Origin: Candidatus Krumholzibacteriia bacterium
GTDB lineage: Bacteria > Krumholzibacteriota > Krumholzibacteriia > LZORAL124-64-63
Assembly: GCA_036351155.1 (NCBI GenBank)
Contig: JAZBOO010000115.1
Location: 1-10,766 of the forward strand
DNA: 10,766 nucleotides
Direction: 5' to 3'
Shown: piece after piece, positions 6,491 through 10,766 of the stretch
Numbering within the stretch: position 1 is the stretch's first letter
How the letters are laid out: every line of letters starts with the position of its first letter
Notes under the pieces: generated by a model
Told to the model about the DNA's origin: nothing
What the model saw: only the letters and a program-made list of their open reading frames with translations
Database searches by the model: none
Program-made: the position numbers and the translations under genes

Positions 6491-8197
6491 ATGGGCATCG
6501 CAACCGACATCATCTTTCTCATCGTGGTGGCCTTCGTCTGTGGACTGGTGCTGCACAAGCTGGGCCAGCCCGTCATTCTGGGCTACATCGCCGCCGGTAT
6601 CATCCTGGGGCCGCACACCGGCGGCATCACCGTTTCGGATATCCACGACATCGAAAAGCTGGCCGAGATTGGCGTGGCCCTGCTGCTGTTCGCCCTGGGG
6701 CTCGAGTTTTCGCTGAAAGACCTCAAGCCGGTGAAGATGGTGGCCCTGATCGGGACACCCATTCAGATGATCCTGACCATCGGCCTGGGTCTGGGCATCG
6801 GCCACCTGATGGGCTGGGAGTGGAAAACCTCGCTGTGGCTGGGAGCGTGCATTTCCCTTTCCAGCACCATGGTCATCCTCAAGACCCTGATGAATCAGGG
6901 CTGGCTGGGCACCCTTTCGAGCAAGGTCATGATCGGCATGCTCATCGTGCAGGATCTGGCGGTGGTGCCCATGATCATCATCTTGCCCCAGCTGAACAAT
7001 CCCGCGGTGGGTGTGCCGCTGCTGGGCATCGCGGCTCTGAAAGCCGCCGCCTTCCTGGGCGGCATGGTGCTGCTGGGCACCAAGCTGTTGCCCAGGCTGC
7101 TGGGGTACATCGCCAAGCTGGGCTCGCGGGAGCTGTTCCTGCTGTCGATCACGGCCATCGGTCTGGGCATCGGCTATGTGACCCACTGGGTGGGGCTCAC
7201 CTTTGCTTTCGGAGCGTTCGTGGCCGGCATGGTGCTGAGCGAGTCGGACTACGGGCACCAGGCCCTGAGCGACATCATCCCCCTGCGCGACATTTTCAGC
7301 CTGCTGTTCTTCGCCTCGGTGGGCATGCTGTTCGACCCCGTTTTTCTGGTCGATCACCTCAAGGTTGTCCTGATCCTGGTGCTGGTCGTCAGCCTGGGCA
7401 AGGGCCTGATCTTCGCGGGAATCGCCGCGGCCTTCCGGTACCGCAACGTCATTCCCCTGGCCGTGGGCCTGGGACTGTTCCAGGTGGGCGAGTTCTCTTT
7501 CGTACTGGCCACGGTGGGAATGTCCACGGGCTCGATCACCCACGAGTTCTACTCGCTGATCCTGACGGTGGCCATCCTGACCATGGTGGTGACGCCCCCG
7601 GTGTCCAGTCAGACGGCGCACATCTATTCCCTGAAGAAGCGCCTGTTCAAGCATGAGCCGCTGGAGGCCCTGAACTTGCCCGAGCAGGGATTGCGCAACC
7701 ACGTGGTGGTGGCCGGGTGCGGACGTGTGGGCACCCAGATCACCGGGGTGCTGCAGCGTCTGGGCCTGCCCTGGGTGGTGGTGGAACTGGACCACAGGCT
7801 GGTGGAGGAATTCAAGGCCAAGGGCCTGCCCGTGGTCTACGGCGACGCCAGCCAGGAGCTGGTGCTCGAGGCGGCCGAGATCGACCACGCCCGCCTGCTG
7901 GTCACCACCATTCCGGACATCGTGGTGGCCCGAGCCATCATCACCACGGCCCGGCGTGAAAACGCGCGGCTCGAGGTGGTGGCCCGCGCCTCGGATCCCT
8001 CGTTCATCCAGGTGTTCCGGGAGATGGGAGTCGAGAGCATTGTCCAGCCCGAGTTCGAGGCGGGCCTGGAGATGACCCGTCAGTCGCTCCTGCACCTGGA
8101 AATCCCCGAGGCGGAAATCCAGCAACACACCGAGTCGCTGCGTCATGCCCTGCTCGTCTCCTCTGAGGCGCACCACGGAGAAGACGCACGGCCATGA
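6491..8197 (+). CDS. CPA2-family cation:proton antiporter with C-terminal TrkA-N (RCK_N) domain (YbaL/RosB/Kef-like)
   Basis: Many hydrophobic helices with [64 protein letters not shown] and QVGEFSFVL. Cytoplasmic domain has [19 protein letters not shown] and [17 protein letters not shown] upstream. Confidence 0.95.
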   Translation: MGIATDIIFLIVVAFVCGLVLHKLGQPVILGYIAAGIILGPHTGGITVSDIHDIEKLAEIGVALLLFALGLEFSLKDLKPVKMVALIGTPIQMILTIGLGLGIGHLMGWEWKTSLWLGACISLSSTMVILKTLMNQGWLGTLSSKVMIGMLIVQDLAVVPMIIILPQLNNPAVGVPLLGIAALKAAAFLGGMVLLGTKLLPRLLGYIAKLGSRELFLLSITAIGLGIGYVTHWVGLTFAFGAFVAGMVLSESDYGHQALSDIIPLRDIFSLLFFASVGMLFDPVFLVDHLKVVLILVLVVSLGKGLIFAGIAAAFRYRNVIPLAVGLGLFQVGEFSFVLATVGMSTGSITHEFYSLILTVAILTMVVTPPVSSQTAHIYSLKKRLFKHEPLEALNLPEQGLRNHVVVAGCGRVGTQITGVLQRLGLPWVVVELDHRLVEEFKAKGLPVVYGDASQELVLEAAEIDHARLLVTTIPDIVVARAIITTARRENARLEVVARASDPSFIQVFREMGVESIVQPEFEAGLEMTRQSLLHLEIPEAEIQQHTESLRHALLVSSEAHHGEDARP

Positions 8198-9381
8198 AGA
8201 AAACCACCGCCCTCGTTTTGCTGATGGCCAGCAGCTTGACCGTGCTGGCCGGTGCGGTGATCGCCCCGGCCTTGCCGGGTCTGCGCCAGTCGTTCAGCAC
8301 GGTGGGCAACGTGGACCTCCTGTCGCGCATGGTGATCACGGTGCCGGCCCTGGGCGTCATCCTGGGGGCGCCATTGATCGGACGATTGATCGACCGGCAG
8401 GGGCGTCGCCGCGCGCTGGTGGGCGGACTGTTGGTCTACGGAGTGGGCGGTTGCAGTGGCCTCTGGTTTGGTTCGTTGCCCCTGATCCTGCTGGGCCGGT
8501 TGGTGCTGGGTGTGGGTGTGGCGGCGGTCATGACCGCGTCCACTGCTTTGATTGCCGACATGACCAGCGGAGAGTCGCGCAGCCACTGGCTGGGCATGCA
8601 GGCGGCTTTCATTGGCGGCGGCGGGCTGGCATTCCTGACGGTGGGCGGCTGGCTGGCCGATATTTCCTGGCGCTGGCCCTTCGCCGTCTATGCGGTGTCG
8701 TTCCTGCTGGTTCCCCTGACCCTGATGGCTGTGAAGCCTGATTCGGGACATGGCATCGGACCACGCCAGCTCGGCATCTTGCCCCGACGAGCCTGGCTGA
8801 TTTATCTGGCCGCGTTTCTGAGCATGGTGATCTTCTTCCTGGGCCCGGTTCAGTTGCCGTTCCTCATGGACCAGAACCTGGAGGCCAGTCCCCGGAGCAT
8901 CGGCCTGGCCCTGGGGATGATGAACGTGGCCATCTCCTGCGGGTCGTTGACCTTCTCGCGGCTGCAGCGTCGGCTGGGGTCCAGGCGCCTTCTCATGTTC
9001 ACCTTCCTCATGATGTCGCCGGGGCTGGCTCTCATCGGCTGGCTGCCCGCGCTGGCCGGGGCCATGGGCGGCATCATGCTGTTCGGGCTGGCCGTGGGCT
9101 GGCTCATGCCCAACCTGAACCTGATGACCTCCAACCTGGTGACCGAAGCCCAGCGGGGAACGGCCCTGGGCAACCTGAACACCGGGCTTTTCATGGGCCA
9201 GTTTGCCAGCCCCATCCTGATTGTGCCCATGCTGCGCGCCGGCCTGTCGTTGAACCAGGTTTTCCTGTGGGGGGCGGCATTCTCCTGCCTGGTGGCCCTG
9301 AGTGCTTTTCTGATCTGCGGGCGCGGTTCCCACCCCATGTGCCCGGCCCCTCCTTCCGAAGCAAATCATCAGAAAACTTGA
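8194..9381 (+). CDS. Major facilitator superfamily transporter (drug:H+ antiporter-like, about 12 TM)
   Basis: Motif [18 protein letters not shown] in TM1, [27 protein letters not shown] and RGTALG. The start overlaps the antiporter stop (ATGA, 8194-8197). Confidence 0.94.
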   Translation: MKKTTALVLLMASSLTVLAGAVIAPALPGLRQSFSTVGNVDLLSRMVITVPALGVILGAPLIGRLIDRQGRRRALVGGLLVYGVGGCSGLWFGSLPLILLGRLVLGVGVAAVMTASTALIADMTSGESRSHWLGMQAAFIGGGGLAFLTVGGWLADISWRWPFAVYAVSFLLVPLTLMAVKPDSGHGIGPRQLGILPRRAWLIYLAAFLSMVIFFLGPVQLPFLMDQNLEASPRSIGLALGMMNVAISCGSLTFSRLQRRLGSRRLLMFTFLMMSPGLALIGWLPALAGAMGGIMLFGLAVGWLMPNLNLMTSNLVTEAQRGTALGNLNTGLFMGQFASPILIVPMLRAGLSLNQVFLWGAAFSCLVALSAFLICGRGSHPMCPAPPSEANHQKT

Positions 9382-9407
9382 TTCGGTTACCGAACATAGT
9401 GTATAAT
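9378..9407 (+). promoter_or_regulatory. Sigma70-type promoter for the GH16 gene with a palindromic operator-like site in the spacer
   Basis: TTGATT (9378-9383), 18-nt spacer, perfect TATAAT (9402-9407). The inverted repeat TTCGGT-T-ACCGAA lies at 9382-9394. Confidence 0.65.
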
Positions 9408-9477
9408 GTGAGGAGGTATTCCCCTATTTGGGGCCGTTTTTGACCGTTGACCCTCAAGGCAAGGACCCGTGATACCC

Positions 9478-10766
9478 GTGAAAACCCGCCCCAACGCTCT
9501 TATCCTGGGCCTGCTGGCCCTGGTTCTGGTTCTCCAGGCTCCTGCCGCCCGTGCCACTTATTCCCTGGTCTGGTCCGACGAGTTCGACGGCACCACCCTG
9601 GACACCAGCAACTGGACCATCGACACGGGGAACGGGTGCCCTGATCTGTGCGGCTGGGGCAACGCCGAGCTGGAGTTCTATCTTCCCCAGAACGTGGCGG
9701 TGGCCGACGGGAACCTGATCCTGACGGCCAAGGCCGAAAGCTTTGCGGGTTACGATTTCACCTCGGGCAAGGTCCACACCCGTGACAAGCAGGCGTTCCT
9801 GTACGGACGGATCGAAATGCGCGCCAAGCTGCCCACCGGAGGCGGCATGTGGCCCGCCTTCTGGATGATGCCCCAGGACGATGCCTACGGCGGCTGGGCC
9901 GCGAGCGGCGAGATCGACATCATGGAATCGGCCAACGGCACGACCACCGTGGGCGGGGCTCTGCACTACGGGGGCAGTTTTCCCAACAACACCTCGACCA
10001 GCGGGAGCTACAACCTGGGGGGCGCGAACTTCGCCGACAGCTTCCACATCTATGCCGTGGAGTGGGAAGAGGATCAGATCCGCTGGTACGTGGACGACAC
10101 CTTGTTCGCCATACGCTTCAGTTCCCAGTGGTACAGCGACGGGGCGCCCGGCAATCCTCTGGCGCCGTTTGACCAGGAGTTCTACCTCATCCTGAACGCG
10201 GCGGTGGGTGGCAACTACACCGGCTGCACGGATCCCGGGTGCATCACGGCCGACTTTCCCCAGGAATACCTGATCGACTACGTGCGGGTGTACGAGGACA
10301 TCGAGAACGAGGCACCCACGGTTCTGATCACTTCGCCCACCGAGGCGGACAACCCAGCGCCGGGCAGCATCACCATCACCGTCGAGGCGGCCGATGCCGA
10401 CGGTTCCATCGCCACGGTCGAGTTCTACAACGGCACCACTTTGCTGGGTGAAGACACCACGGCACCTTACACGTACACCTGGACGGGTGTGGCCGATGGG
10501 TGCTATGCGGTCATTGCACGGGCCATCGACAACCTGGGTGGCTTTGCCACCGACACCGTGGATCTGACCGTGGGGACGGGTTGCGGCCAGGCGGCTTTCC
10601 TGGGCAGTCCCTATGTGCTGCCCGCACTGATCCAGGCCGAGGATTTCGATGTCGGCGGTCCCGGTGTGGCCTACCGGGACATCGATCCCGGCAACACGGG
10701 CACGGCTTATCGCCTGGATGAGGACGTGGATATCGAGAACTGCTCCGACACCGGCGGGGGCTACAA
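9478..10766 (+). CDS. Secreted GH16 beta-1,3-glucanase (laminarinase-like) with bacterial Ig-like domain and CBM6-like module; 3' end runs off the window
   Basis: Absent from the ORF track because it has no stop in the window. Manual translation from GTG 9478 (alternative GTG 9469; in-frame TGA at 9448-9450 upstream): MKTRPNALILGLLALVLVLQAPAARA-TYSLVWSDEFDG...GWGNAELEFY...FTSGKV...YGRIEMRAKLPTGGGMWPAFWMMP...SGEIDIMES (catalytic ExDxxE at 9910-9927)...FHIYAVEW...PFDQEFYLILNAAVGG...IDYVRVY. Then NEAPTVLITSP...DADGSIATVEFY...DTTAPYTYTW (Ig-like) and LPALIQAEDFDVGGPGVAYRD (CBM6-like). Confidence 0.95.
   Translation, partial: MKTRPNALILGLLALVLVLQAPAARATYSLVWSDEFDGTTLDTSNWTIDTGNGCPDLCGWGNAELEFYLPQNVAVADGNLILTAKAESFAGYDFTSGKVHTRDKQAFLYGRIEMRAKLPTGGGMWPAFWMMPQDDAYGGWAASGEIDIMESANGTTTVGGALHYGGSFPNNTSTSGSYNLGGANFADSFHIYAVEWEEDQIRWYVDDTLFAIRFSSQWYSDGAPGNPLAPFDQEFYLILNAAVGGNYTGCTDPGCITADFPQEYLIDYVRVYEDIENEAPTVLITSPTEADNPAPGSITITVEAADADGSIATVEFYNGTTLLGEDTTAPYTYTWTGVADGCYAVIARAIDNLGGFATDTVDLTVGTGCGQAAFLGSPYVLPALIQAEDFDVGGPGVAYRDIDPGNTGTAYRLDEDVDIENCSDTGGGY

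Noticed and set aside
3720..9369. Long antisense or alternate-frame ORFs (3720..5063, 5137..6027, 6455..8176, 8143..9369 and others)
   Set aside because: They mirror well-supported genes and have no motifs of their own, as expected from stop-codon scarcity in GC-rich coding DNA.

Overview
GC-rich (roughly 60-65% by eye) chromosomal window from a diderm bacterium, with nine protein genes and no mobile element, CRISPR array or RNA gene visible. In order: the 3' end of an agmatine/peptidylarginine-deiminase-family gene whose catalytic Cys position holds Ser; a minus-strand secreted beta-strand-rich protein; an RRM RNA-binding protein with a terminator; an OmpA-domain protein; a B12-binding radical SAM protein; an Ig-like plus FGE-sulfatase-domain lipoprotein; a coupled CPA2 antiporter and MFS transporter pair; and the 5' part of a GH16 beta-1,3-glucanase that the ORF track missed. 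The main finding is that the ORF called 457..942(-) appears truncated. Its frame continues upstream through two in-frame TGA codons (T-U-S-G-U-P) to a signal-peptide-bearing start at 1176, and a SECIS-like hairpin lies just 3' of the TGAs. This suggests a hidden 239-aa exported, probably outer-membrane, selenoprotein with a UxxU motif. No database search could be run, so novelty is untested.
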